From contig NC_087436.1 in NCBI RefSeq assembly GCF_036321535.1, positions 92,320,001 to 92,384,000 on the forward strand: DNA of 64,000 nucleotides, read 5' to 3'. Positions within the stretch are counted from its first letter, which is position 1, and each line of letters starts with the position of its first letter. The DNA is from Camelus dromedarius. Lineage: Eukaryota. The position numbers and the translations under genes are program-made. Below are positions 14,108 through 26,379 of this stretch, piece by piece. Below the pieces are notes generated by a model. It was not told the origin of the DNA and made no database searches. It saw nothing but the letters and a program-made list of their open reading frames with translations.

Positions 14108-15795
14108 GGTATTATCTCTGGAACTCCATTCAGTTAATTATTATTTGCAAATAAGCAGAATTGAACTTCATTGGAGGGCCCATAGGAATTACAAAGGTGA
14201 TTGCCATAAATGAAATATTCATGCTGCTGCGCACTGACTTTGAAAAAAAACTGGTTCTGGCTTTATACACAATTATGTCTAAATTGTTAACAGTAAAAGA
14301 ACTGCATTTTCTATGGTTTCTGTTCACTAAATTTTAAAGCTGATTTTTTTTTTTAATTTCCTTGTGGCACTTACCCTTTTAATTTTTTTCAGACACATGT
14401 TCATCGAGCCAGAGGGAGTCTGTTTTGTACAAGGAGATCCTGGACCTGGAAGGAATAAAAAGTGCCAGTGATGACTGTCCTAAAAAGGCTGTGTGTTCAT
14501 TTCCTACTTTTAGAAGACCGTACTTATAAATCAAGACCATCACTGAAACAAACACATTTATCTGAGACCTGCTCTATCCTGCAATGTTTCATGAACACTG
14601 GAAATACATTTTCTTTGTTCTAACCCCAACCTCTGAATCAGAGCCAAGTAGAGGGGGTTCTTCATAAATATGCATCGACTGCCTGACTCAGTATTAATGT
14701 AGGGCAGGGTGCTGATTAGCAAATGCTACCTGCAGGAGGCAGAGGAAATACCACAAATAGAGATAAGATGCTATTAGCAGGCTTTATTTTATTTTTACTT
14801 GAGGCTTGGGAATAATCACTTCACTCTCTGTTCAAGCCTCTCCAGATCTCTCCCCTAAGAACCTGAAAGCTGTTTACATAAAAGGCCTCCATGTAAGGCT
14901 CTTCCATCTAGTACTGGAGGAAGAGCATAAGATGAGGGAAGAAGCAAATTGCTTCTAATTTAATTTATTCCTTTCTTGCCATCTGAGCCACCCATCAGAA
15001 AATACATGAAAACTTACATAACTTAAAGATGAAATAAGCGATAAATAAAAAACACGGAACTTGCTTTGATAACTTGTTAGCATAGATCTCTGTATACAAA
15101 ATAAAAGGCAACAAGGTTGTGATTATCTCTAGGATGTGAAGCAAAGGAAAATTTACTGTACTTATGGATTTTACACTAGGATTCCTCTCCCTTTCTCAGG
15201 TAAAACTACTGCCCCCAACTTCCTGCAGGTTTGACTAAAACCTAAAACCCAAAACAACAAAGTCCTTTTTGAAGCACCTGACCCAACAGTTGATTTTATT
15301 TCAAGTCCACAGCTTGGGCAGGCTGCACAGCACGCACGGGCGGGAGGCGCCGGCCCTGACGCACGCGAGCACCGCGGGCAGGAGGAGCCCCGGCGCCTGG
15401 GGAGCCCCGACCTCAGAGCCTGTTGCTCGTGGGCCACGCGAGGAAGCAAGTGTGGCTCAGGCCCCGAGGGCTGCCAGGGGCGAACACGCGGTCCCCTGTC
15501 CTTGCTCAAGCAAGGCCTTAAACCTCCTCACCCCAAGCCCTTTGGCCTCTCCCGCCCACTCAGACCCAACCCCACTTTTCCGACCACGGGCGACTCCATT
15601 GTTATTAAAACCAGAGGGTGGCGGGAGGGGATGTCCGAGGACGCAGGAGCTAGAACACCCCTTCCTCTCCGGCTAAGAGGGGAGAATCGCAAAGGTGTTG
15701 ACGAAGGACAGGTCGAGCCGAAGCCGCTGGGCGGAGCCCAGAGGCCGGTAGCTGATCTCCCCCCCCCCACCGCCGCAGGGGTGGTACGGTCCTTA

Positions 15796-15854
15796 GCGGG
15801 GCGGGGCGGGGCGGGGCGGGGCGGGGCGGGGCGGGGCGGGGCGGGGCGGGGCGG
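15796..15854. repeat. Pure pentanucleotide repeat (GCGGG)11 plus GCGG, an array of overlapping Sp/KLF GC boxes
   Basis: Read directly from the sequence. Confidence 0.97.
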
Positions 15855-16198
15855 AGGGGGGCTCTCCCAGGTATCTCCCCGCCCCTCTCCCGCCTTCCCG
15901 GCCGCTCTTCCGCGGGAGCGAGTGAGCGCGCGCTCCGACGACCCCTCCCCCGGCGCCGGCGTCCGAGCTCCGCCCCTCCCCGGGCCGCCCCCTCCGCGTC
16001 TGCAGGCTGAGCTCGCCCAGTTCTGCGGTCGCCGCCACCTTCGCTGCCTCTTCCTTCTCCTGCCGGTGCGGTAGGGCCGCGCCGGCAGCGGCGCAGCTCT
16101 AGGCGGACGGCTGGGCCCGCGCGGCTGCTGAGCGCTCGGCGCGGCGCCGTGACAGGTGCAGAGTCTGGTCGGAAGACCCACCTGCGGCGGCTGCCGGG

Positions 16199-16247
16199 AT
16201 GCCCACCATGCGGAGGACCGTGTCGGAGATCCGCTCCCGCGCGGAGG
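16199..16247 (+). CDS. ATP8A1: ATP8A1 coding exon 1 (49 nt CDS, MPTMRRTVSEIRSRAE-G, ends phase 1)
   Basis: ATG at 16199 lies in the CpG island. The peptide matches the known ATP8A1 N-terminus. Donor GAGG|GTGAGT at 16248 splices in frame to 46749. Confidence 0.97.
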
Positions 16248-16323
16248 GTGAGTGGCCGCCGCAGCACGGGGCTGGGTGGGGAGCGCGCGCGGGGACGGCT
16301 TGGAGCCAGCCTGGGGTCTGGCG

Positions 16324-16325
16324 GT

Positions 16326-16357
<32 letters not shown>
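16324..16357. repeat. (TG)n microsatellite, pure (TG)12 at 16333-16356
   Basis: Read directly from the sequence. Confidence 0.95.
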
Positions 16358-16362
<5 letters not shown>

Positions 16363-17698
16363 AAGAGATCCCCCGTCCCACCTCTCCCCCAAGAAAGTCT
16401 AGCTGTCGCGACTGATCCCTAGTGAACCCTTCTCCCAGCGCCGCTTTCGGTGCCCTGGCAGACCCCTTCCCAGCTGCAGAGCTCCGGAATTGGTGTCCTC
16501 GGCGGGATCCCCAAGGCTCGCTTTACACTGCAGCGTGACTCTTCGGTCTGTCACCGAGCGCTCTCGCCCTGCCCACCTCCCTCCCCACTAGCGCACGAAC
16601 CTCCCTGTCTCCACTCTGCCTCTTCATTCTAGGGAGCACATCCCCAACCCGCCGCCCACCCTAGTGCAGCCCCCACAGCATGGCTCCCTGAGAAGCGGAT
16701 TTGCTCTTCCCAGGCTGCAGGATTCTTTGATCCACAGCCCCTCGCCCCTCCTAGCTAGAGGAGCCGTCGCTGGGGTTGGTCGCTCGGCGTGTGCTGTGCT
16801 TTAGTCTCTGCAGTTCTGCCTCCTGCAGCCGAGTCTCACCCAGCTGCCGTCTCAAGTGTCAGAGGTTTTGTTTTTCGTTTTTCCCTTCGCCTGATACCTG
16901 CGCTTTGGCCAGGTGAGCTGACTTTTTAGCAAGGTGGAAGCTGTTTTCTTTGCTCCACCGGGGACCAGCTGTTGAATGGCTACACTTGTCAGCAATGAGC
17001 AACAGATGCCCGAGGGTAAAGGGAAGTAAGCTTTTGGAGGGTCCAGATGTTCCTCATCCTCTCCGAGGAGCCCTCGGCATCCTGCACAGCATGTGACAGT
17101 CACCTGGTAAATATTTTTTTCATTTTGCTCACGACAAAGCCAAGATTATACATATCTCGAGTTTTGTTTTGTTTTCTCTCCCATAAACCCATGCTTGAAT
17201 CCTGCAAAGGGTGGCGTAACGTATTTTATGAACTAATCTGTCTTGCCATCATCACTGATGTCCATCCTTCACCCCTACACACCTCCCCAACTTCACCCTT
17301 TAATATTTGACAAGTGTCAAAGTGGTTTTAGAAAAAATAATAATAAATGGAAGTTAGAAGAATCGAATTGCAGGGGTTCGAGGCAGACCATGTTATTATT
17401 TTCCTTCCTCAGAGTCCCCATGTTAAAAAGGGAGTTCTAGGCTCTAATAGCTATGATTTTCTGATTATGGCACTTAGGAAATACTCAATAACTGTTGTGG
17501 GGAAAAGGCCACAACGAGTCAAAACTAACCTGTGTCCTACTTAGGAATTTAGTATGTACTTACTGTTATCTGTAATATAATGAAAAAATACACAGGGCAT
17601 TACTGTTTGGGATGCACATTTGAATAAATGATACTGTTATTTTAAAACGTACACAGTAAAAATGTATTCTTTTTTATGCTTCTGAAATGAATGAATTT

Positions 17699-18894
17699 TC
17701 TTTTTTCTTATTTTTTCTTCCAGTTTTATTGAAATATAATTGACATACAACATTGTGTAAGTTTAAGGTGTACAGCATGATAATTTGACTTATATATATC
17801 ATGAAATGATTACCATATTAAATTTAGTGAACATCCATCAACTCATATAGATACAAAATTAAAGATATAGAAAAAATATTTTTCTTGAGATTTGCTCTCA
17901 ACAAATTTCATGTATAACATACAACTTTTGTATATAAACATAATTATATGTATCGTGTTATACATTACGTCCCTAGTACTTATTTATCTTATAACTGGAA
18001 CTTTTTGCCTTTTGACTCCCTTCATTCAGTTTCCCCTCCCCTTACACTCCACCTGTGGTAACCACAAACCTGATCTTTTTCTATGAGTTTGTTTGTTTGT
18101 TTTTGAAGTATAATTGACATACAACACTGTTAGTTCCAGTTACACAACATAGCAATTCAGTATTTCAATACATTGCAAAATGATCACCATGTCTAGTTAT
18201 CATCTTTCACCATACAAAGGTCTTACATAATTATTGACTATATTCCCCACACTGTACGTTTCATACCTGTGACTCATATATTTTGAAACTGGAGGTTTGT
18301 ACCTCTTAATCTTCCTCACCTATTCCTTGCATCCCCTCACCCCTATCCCCACTGGCAACCACTATCTGTTCTCTGTATTTATGTCTGTTTCTCTTTTGTT
18401 ATGTTTGTTCATTACTTTTGTTTTTTAGATTCCACGTATAAGTGAAATCATTCAGTATTTGTCTTTCTCTAACTTATTTCACTTAGCATAATACCCTCTA
18501 TGTCCATCCATGTTGTCACAAATGGCAAGATTTCATTCCTTTTTTGGTTGAGTAATATTCCATTTTACGCACACATGCACACACATGCATCTTTATTTAT
18601 TCATCTCTTGATGGGCACTTAGGTTGTTTCCATATCTGGGTTATTATAAATGATGCTGCAGTGAAAATAGTGATACATGTATCTTTTCTAATTCGTGTTT
18701 TTGTTTTCTTTGGATAAATATGCAGAAAGAAATTGTTGGATCATATGGTAGTTCTATTTTTAATTTTTTGAGGAACCTCCATGCTGTTTTCCATAGTGGC
18801 TGCACCAATTTACACTTCCACCAACAATGCACAAGGGTTCCCCTTTCTCCACGTCCTTGCCAACACTTGTTATTTGTTGTCTTTTTGATAACAG
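17699..18894 (-). mobile_element. 5'-truncated LINE-1 3' end (L1MA9-like) with TSD
   Basis: ORF2 C-terminal peptide [34 protein letters not shown] tgaatgaattt at 17688-17698 and 18895-18905. Confidence 0.93.
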
Positions 18895-19095
18895 TGAATG
18901 AATTTCCTTAATCATCATTTGAATGAGCCATATAAGTAATGAACACATAGTGGTAATAGTTGGGATTGTTCTGTCCAATGATAGCAGTTGGTTTCTGTAT
19001 TGTGGGAAATGGGAAAAGAGACAGGAACAAAAAGCAATGTAAAACCTGTGCCATTTGAGAGGGTTTTGTTAAGTGTTGAGAGGCTACAGTATTGG

Positions 19096-19251
19096 TTTTT
19101 TTTTTTTTTAATTCTTATTTTTTATTGAAGTGTAGTTGATTTACAATGTTAGTTTCAGGTGTACAGCAAGGCGATTCAGTTCTACATACACATACGTATA
19201 TTTTTTTTCAGATTCTTTTCCATTACAGCTCATTAAAAGAAATTGAATATA
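19096..19251 (-). mobile_element. Short LINE-1 3' terminal fragment
   Basis: Poly-T followed by ttattgaagtgtagttgatttacaatgttagtttcaggtgtacagcaa. Confidence 0.85.
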
Positions 19252-19709
19252 GCATGTGTATTTTTTAAAGCTTTTTTAGAAGGGTTACCTTACAGGACCT
19301 TATCGTATTCTGGAGGTTGGTGAAGATGATCCCATCTGTCAGTTGAGGAAGCTGTGGCCCAGGTGGTTGAGATAACTTGTCCAAGGTCAAGTAGCTAGGT
19401 CAGTGACACATTTAAATTAGGAGCTCTGGGAAACAATAACTGTTTCTTGTTTAAGACTATTAAATAAGTTAAGCGTGACTTTATTTTTTAATTAAAATTT
19501 GACTTTTTAATTAAAATATGACTTTAGATTGTCTTATTTAAGACTATTAAAACAGTCAACAGACTGTTTCCACTCCCTGTGCGTCCGGCACAGTGCCAGG
19601 GGCATAGTGGCACTTGGTGAACAACCCTTCCTCCCATATTGGTTGGTTTCAGTTTATTATGTGCTTAGCGTTTTGCTCAGGACTGTGGTGAGGACAACAT
19701 AAATACTGA

Positions 19710-20260
19710 TTCTGTGGGCTGGTGATGTGGCTCATTGCCTGCTCTGCCCACACTTTTCTTTCCTAAGAAATAGTCTCTTTTGACCTGCTGCCTAAAGAGC
19801 CTTGTTCTCAACTGCATCCCCCTTGACACCAGTTGCTTGGACCAGGGTAGGCTTCTGACCCAAGGGCAGACAATCCACAGGTGTCTCAGACACTTGTAAC
19901 CTGGTGACTTGGCTCAGAAAGATGCTCTGTGATGATTATGTCTCTCATGGGAAAAGTGAAGCTCAGAGAGTGGAAGTGGAAGCGGAAAGGGGCAGAGAAG
20001 AATAGGCTGGGAGGGGGGAGAACAGCTGGCTGTGATGGGTCATGCACGTGCTGCTGATATGAGAAGCAGAAACTGCGTGAACAGGGAGAGAGAGGAGAGA
20101 CAATGGACTGGATGGAGAGAGTGAGGCAGAGACACAGATGCTGAGAGACGGTGGCCAGACCCTGGAGCATCTCCCTCCCTGACTCTTCTAGTCCCAGTTC
20201 CCAGGTAGCCTTAGAACAGGTTCTTTTTTCCCTTGAAGTAACTTGAATGGGTTTCCTTTC
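19710..20260 (+). mobile_element. Old ERVL/MaLR-type LTR relic (family uncertain)
   Basis: Contains ggaccagggtaggcttctgacccaagggcagacaatc, a purine-rich middle and a ttttcccttgaagtaacttgaatgggtttc end. Confidence 0.5.
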
Positions 20261-20494
20261 CCTCTATCCAGGTTGGCCGGATGCAGGGCTATTCTATGTG
20301 CAAGTTATTTACAACCAAATTAGGGAGAAAGGACTTCCATGAAATAAAAAATAAATAGTCTAAGAAGGGATGTTATTAATTAAATGACTTGCTTGCTATG
20401 GTTAACAAAGATCTGTGGAAGATCAAGACATAGGAACAGGAGGCCTGCCGTGCAGACTTCCCATTGAGGAAACGATTTGAAGTGAGTGCTCACA

Positions 20495-20625
20495 CAAGGC
20501 TTCTTAAACTTTAAGGTGCACACGAGTCACCTGGGAATATTGCTCAATGCAACTTCTAAATCGGTATGGCTGGAGATGCATTTCTGACAAGCTCACAGGT
20601 AATGCTGGATGATGCTGGCCTGCAG
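20495..20625. mobile_element. MER5A-like hAT-Charlie fossil
   Basis: ttcttaaactttaaggtgcacacgagtcacctggg...tgcatttctgacaagctcacaggtaatgctg. Similar relics occur near 21650-21810, 28495-28665 and 30385-30470. Confidence 0.7.
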
Positions 20626-21169
20626 GTCAGTCCGGGTACCCAGGTTCAAAGGTCCAAGTTACTGCCATCTACTTCAGCAGTCAGGAGGGCGTTGAAGGTA
20701 ACCAGCTGAAAACGTGGTGAAAGTAAGTGTGGCTCATTTGAGAGTTCTTAAGGAAACTGGCCAGGAGCAGAGGGAAACTTGAAAGAAATATGATGTAAAT
20801 TTGGATGATTACAGAGCATTTTAAATGCCAAGATGAGTCATTTGGGTATTGAATCGAATATTTGAAAAGCATCTTAGAGTTCATCTCATCCAATTTCTCA
20901 TTCAAGCATGATGCCCATGTATATCTCTAACTGGGCCGGTTAGGAGCCAAATCATCATAGGGGAGTGGCATCTCCAAAGAAGAATCTCAGGAAGATAAGC
21001 CTGGAAGTGTGTTGGATGGTCTGGAAGGAATGACGCTGCAGATAGACTCTATTGGGTTTTTGTTGTTGTTGTTGTTGTTGTTGTTTTTAAAGGTCTAAAA
21101 ATGACAAAGGCCAGTGTTAGTATTGGAGTGGGAAGACAGAAACTAGAGCTATTTCTCAGTAAATCATGA

Positions 21170-21600
21170 ACTCATTCGACAGCTATCTGTTGAAGTCCTA
21201 TCAGCACTGTTCTAGATACTCCAGGTACATCACTGAACAGATGAATAGAAAAGACCCTGCCCTGGAGGTGCTCATGTTCTAGTGAGGCAAGAGACAAAGC
21301 AAATAACAAGATTAGCAAATCATAGAATGTATGTGGTAAATGCTATGGGGAAAATGGGAGAAGGTAAGATGTGTAAGGTTGATGGATGAATTTTAATTTT
21401 AAATAGGTTGGAGAGGCTAGCCTTCATTGAAAAGTTGATGTGGAGGAGGTGAAGGGGTTAGCCTGGTGGGAATCTGGGGAAGTATCTTCCAGGTAGAGGC
21501 CCCAAGGAAGGAGAGACTCGAGTGTTAAAGGAACAGGGAGAGGGAGAATGGTAGGAAATGAGGTCACAAGGCTCACATCGTAGGACATAGTGATGTAGTG
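21170..21600 (-). mobile_element. L2 LINE fragment
   Basis: cactgttctagatact...ccctgccctggaggtgctcatgttctagtgagg...aaatgctatggggaaaa. Confidence 0.7.
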
Positions 21601-22094
21601 AATATATTGCAGGAGATAGATAGATTAAATAAAAGGAAATTCTCAAGCAATAATTTCAAATTTTAATGTTACAAGATCCCAGGTATCTCACTAAAACCGC
21701 AGTTTCCTGGGCTGGCTCATAAGGATTCTGTTCAGTAGATCTGCTGTGGGGCTGCAGTCCTAATGAGCTGCCCAGAGTATTCTGGTGCAGGTGAAACACG
21801 TTTTAAGAAACTTGCTTTACAGTCTTGAACCTGGTTAACTGGGAAAATCTATTAAAAGATAAGGAAATTGAGGAGGGTCAAGGCAATAAATTTTGAAGTA
21901 ATTGTGGGACATCCAAATTGGTATGTTTTGAGGATACTTAGAAATTTGGAGGTTCGATGTGGGAAAAACCAAATGGGAATCTGAAGTTCAGAGGTAATAG
22001 TTGGAACCCTAATAGTAGATTAATTGGCCAGGAAGCAAGATTAGATAAAGCATTGTAGATAAAGCATTGTAGGTCTCTTCACTTCTACTCCAGC

Positions 22095-22470
22095 TAATTC
22101 ACATAGGTCCTTAGGAATGCTAGAAACAGAGACTGAGATTACACAAAACAGAGTTTTTCTCACTCTTGTAAAACTAACGTGGAGGCAGCCCGGGTCAGCT
22201 AGGCTCACTGCCTAGAGTCATAAGCAACATGGTCTCCTTATGCCTTTCTGCTTCCCCCACCTGAGCGTATAATTTCCATAAAATCATAGCCTGGTTGCTG
22301 ACGTTCCAGCCATTGTGTCAGACTTCCAGGTAGTAAAAAAAGGAAGGCTGAGAGACCAAAAGGTTTCCCTGGAAATACCCCACACAGACGAATGCTAATT
22401 TTTCGTTGGCTCCCTCTGCAAGGGAAGCGGGGAAATGAAGTTTTCTAACGGGTCCAGTACTCAGTGTTTT
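22095..22470 (-). mobile_element. MaLR LTR relic (MLT1J-like)
   Basis: Contains ggttgctgacgttccagccattgtgtcagacttccagg and ctgcaagggaagcggggaaatgaagttttct. Confidence 0.6.
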
Positions 22471-23328
22471 ATTCCTAAGGGAAAAAGGAAAAGTAATCGT
22501 GGGGTAGGCACAGTCACCATCAGATACTCAGATTGTCAGAAGCTCTGGCTGGAATAAAAGAGGTGTTCTAGAGCTCATAATTTACAAAATAATGACCATT
22601 GAATTGTTCAAAACTAAGGAAATGCGCACACACACACACACACAAAACGTATCTGTCCAGTGGATTGCGTTTTCTTCTGCTGAATCGTGGTGCTAAAATG
22701 TAAGACACTCATTTGATTATGTAAAACGTGTGTGAAGTGATAAATTTAGGAGTTGTCCTAGGGATTGTTTTCCTCAACTCGTCTGTGTAAATGGCACCTT
22801 TAAAATGTTTGCAATTATAAAGAGTACTACGTTTCATTTACGTCAAAGATGACAAAATGAGCATTAAGGTAATTTTCTTAAAGAATTGTTCAAAGGAAAA
22901 TTTTAGGAGACTATTTGTCCAGGTAAAAGATGACTAAGCTCTTTTGTTCCTTTAGCAAGAATGTATTATGCACCTGCTGTGTGCCAGCTAATTGGATGGT
23001 GGGACAGAAAGGTGTGGTGACTGAAGGAGGCCCCATAGGAAATGTGGAAATGAGTTAAAGACTTCTAACTGACCTGGCACTGTGAGTGAGAGAAGGTGTG
23101 TGAGCATGGTGGTGCTTCATGTGATCAACATTTGAGAATCCCCAATGCATGTCATTTTGCTCCACGTAATCGAGATAATAACTGTGGCGGATGTATTTAT
23201 TTTAGGTTTTTTAATCTATAGTGCATCATTCATTTTTTTTCATTATATCATTTCAAAAATGATGAGAAATAAATCAGGTGCCTACCTTATAGCCATAGAA
23301 ACGTTGGCATAGATCAGAGTGTACTTTT

Positions 23329-23680
23329 TTTTTTAATTTATCGATATTTCTGAAAATGAATCTGGGTAAGAGCACTTTCAAGACTTTATGTGAAAATTGA
23401 ATCACATTTCAGAAAGGTTTTTATAATGTTTTCATGTCCACTAGGTTTTTTTTTTTAACATTTTTTGAATTATAATCATTTTACAATGTTGTGTCAAATT
23501 CGAGTGAAGAGCACAATTTTTCAGTTATACATGAACATGTATATATTCATTGTCACATTTTTTTCTCGGTGAGCTACCGTAAGATCTTGTATACATTTCC
23601 CTGTGCTATACAGTATAATCTTGTTTATGTATTCTGCATTTTGAAATCCCAATCTGTCCCTTCCCAGCCCCCGCCCCCTT
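23329..23680 (-). mobile_element. Young 5'-truncated LINE-1 (23446-23680) plus 3'-transduced sequence (23335-23445)
   Basis: Perfect 17-bp TSD gatcagagtgtactttt at 23312-23328 and 23681-23697, and two T-runs. The L1 part closely matches the copies at 31199 and 59771. Confidence 0.88.
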
Positions 23681-24149
23681 GATCAGAGTGTACTTTTGAA
23701 GTTGGTGAAATGTCGGCTGCCTGGCTCTCTATCCACACGGTTTCATTAAAATGTAAATGTAAAGGCAACAGTTTCACTTCACTCTTCGCTAGAACCCACA
23801 TCTTTCCATGCTCTCATCCTCTGGGTGGAGACTTTATCCTCCCTAAAAGCAGGGGGTTTTGTCTGTTTTATTCACTGATACGCTGCTAACCGAGGACATT
23901 GCCTGGAGTGGAGTTAGGAGCTCAGATATTGGTTGAATTAAAGGAATCTTACGACCTAGCGATGAGATGACCTACAAATGCCTTATAATCAGACCTATTT
24001 GATACCTTCCTACTAGAACCTGAGCACCACAAAGGGGGCGATTTTTTGTGTGATCTGTTCACTGCTGTGTGCTCTGCACTGACAGCTTTGCCTGCCATCC
24101 AGTTGCCCACCATGTTTGTCAGATGAATGGGTGACTCCGAACTTTGTTT

Positions 24150-26060
24150 CTAATGGAAGAGCTTAATTTTGTTCTCTTGATAGTAGAAATAACACCTGCT
24201 CATTGGAAAAAACTCACACTGCAAGGAGGTGTCAAGAGGACTGTAAAAATCACCCCGAATTATGCCTTCCAAATATAACCATTTAACATATATCCTTTCC
24301 AACTATTCTGCAGGAGAGTAGAAATATATACATTTGTTAAGAAAAATCAGCTCATACTCTGTTTTTAATCTTTTTCTTCCCCCTTAGTATTTCATGGACA
24401 TCCTTGCCTATCAGATATAGTTTATATAAACTCCATGAAGGATGGGGTTTTTAATTTTATTTTTTCTACTTCTATTGAGATATGATTGATACATTATATT
24501 AGTTTAAGGGGTACATGATTTGTTATTTGTATATGCAGTATTGCAAAGGGATCACCACAATAAATGTAGTTAATATACATTACCTTACATAGTTTCAAAT
24601 GTTTTTCCCTGTGATAAAAACTTTTAAAATCTGCTCTCTTAGCAACTTCAAATATACAGAACAGTCTTGTTAGGTACAGTCACCATCCTGTACATTACAT
24701 CTTCAGAACTTAGTTATCTTTTAACTGGAAGTTTGTATCTTTGACCACCTTCCCCTATGGGAAGGGCTGTTTACTATCACCACTTACATCCTCAGTACCT
24801 AGAGAACTGCTTGGCACTATTTGTTGAATGCATAGATCATGAATTTTACAGCAGCTGAGAACTTCTGTGTTAGTAAATAATAATTTACTAAGGAATCCTC
24901 TATGGGTGGACATATAGGTCATTCCAGGTTGTTGTTTTTAAACCACTCTCAAATAAGCGTTTTTATACATCTTGGCACACTTTCCTGATTATTTCTTTGT
25001 AAGAAAAATCTTTGAGAAAAGGGATTTCTGGGTCAAATATATGTACCTGTTTTTAATGATGGTAAAAAAAATACTAGAAAGATTTGACCAGTTTATATCC
25101 CCCACTGAAAATGAACAAGCCTGCCTGTTTTTCTCCCCCTTCCCCAGCACTGGGTGTCTTCTTTTTTATCCTTCTGAATATATAACACAAAAAAATGAAT
25201 CTTTAAGTTTACTTTGCTGTACTTATTAGGTTGAATGCATTTTGGTTAGTTTAGAAATTATTTCTATTTTTTTCAGAGCTGTTTATTCATTGTAAGTTCC
25301 TTTATGAAGATTATCTTGTATTGAATTTTAAGAGCTTATCAGATGTTAAGTACATTCTCTTTTCTCTGTTACAGTTTATCTTTTATCTTTACATATTTAA
25401 TAACTGTGGGATTTCTTTTGTTATATGAGGTAGATGTATCTTTTTTCCTCAAATTATTATCCACCTGACTTGATAACCATATATTTAATAATCCAGTCTT
25501 CCCGCACTGGTTTGAGGTGCTTCTTTTGTATACTAAATTTATATACACAATTGAGTCATGTCTGGAGTCAGTCTCTCCCTCCCCTCTCGATTTTGGTCTG
25601 TCTCTTTTGGTCCCTAGTATCAAATTCCTTTATTACAATTAATAAAAATAAATCCTTATAGCTGTCCTATCACTGCTCTTTCCTGTAACTTTTCCTGGCT
25701 ATCTTTATGTTTATTTTTCCACTTGAACCAATGAGTGCATCACTGAATCTAGTTAATGTGTTGGGATATTTACTGGGGTTGCATTAATTTCATAGATTTA
25801 TATTGAGAGGATTGACATCTTTCATATTCTGAGTTGTTTAAGCTTAGTATTTCTCTCCATTTGTTGGTATTTCTTTCATGTGCTGGGGAGAGTTTTCTTA
25901 AAATAAATCCTGTCCATTTTAATGATTTGTTCCTAGAAGATATGTGTTTTATGAAGATACTGTGAATGGATACTTCCTAAAATTGTGTATTTTTGTTTGT
26001 GACTGTTATTGAAACTGTCAGTCTGAATTCTTTCATTTTAAATAATTTTTCAGTTAATGT
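24150..26060 (-). mobile_element. Old L1 (L1ME-like) relic interrupted by a younger L1MA9-like 3' end (about 24450-24755) and L2 pieces
   Basis: Decayed L1 antisense segments (gggatttctgggtcaaa; gttgggatatttactggggttgcattaatttcatagattt; attgacatctttcatattctgagtt), plus the L1MA9-type ctctcttagcaactt...ttaactggaagtttgtatctttgaccacc. Confidence 0.7.
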
Positions 26061-26379
26061 TCATCTCCATAGGTTTTTAAATTCTATATTATAAAGCAAA
26101 GTATTTTTAAACAAAGTTTTCAATTAATTAGACTTGACCAGGTGTATTTTGGTTACCCTGTTTCTTCAGCAAAATTTGTTCATTTTTTATCAGCTGGGTT
26201 TTTGTGGACTCTGGTTCCAACTTACTACTTCTAAGGTTTCACATAGCTCTTACAGAATAGCCAACATATTGCTCTTTTTCATCCTGTCTGCTGGGAGTAA
26301 AGGTCAGAATTTAGACCAGCTGGAATTTAATAGTTCCATGGAATCTACTTGTATCAAATTGTCATTCGTGTCTTAGATC

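Larger units (their letters stand above)
15330..16850. promoter_or_regulatory. CpG island promoter, 5' UTR and start of intron 1 of ATP8A1
   Basis: Abrupt switch to very GC- and CpG-rich sequence around coding exon 1, with many GC boxes and no obvious TATA box. The TSS cannot be placed from sequence alone. Confidence 0.92.

Noticed and set aside
15171..16415. Long overlapping ORFs of 112-243 aa on both strands
   Set aside because: They are by-products of the stop-poor CpG island and the GCGGG/TG repeats (PRPAP, GRGGA, THTH runs). Only the first 49 nt of the 16199 ORF are real coding sequence.
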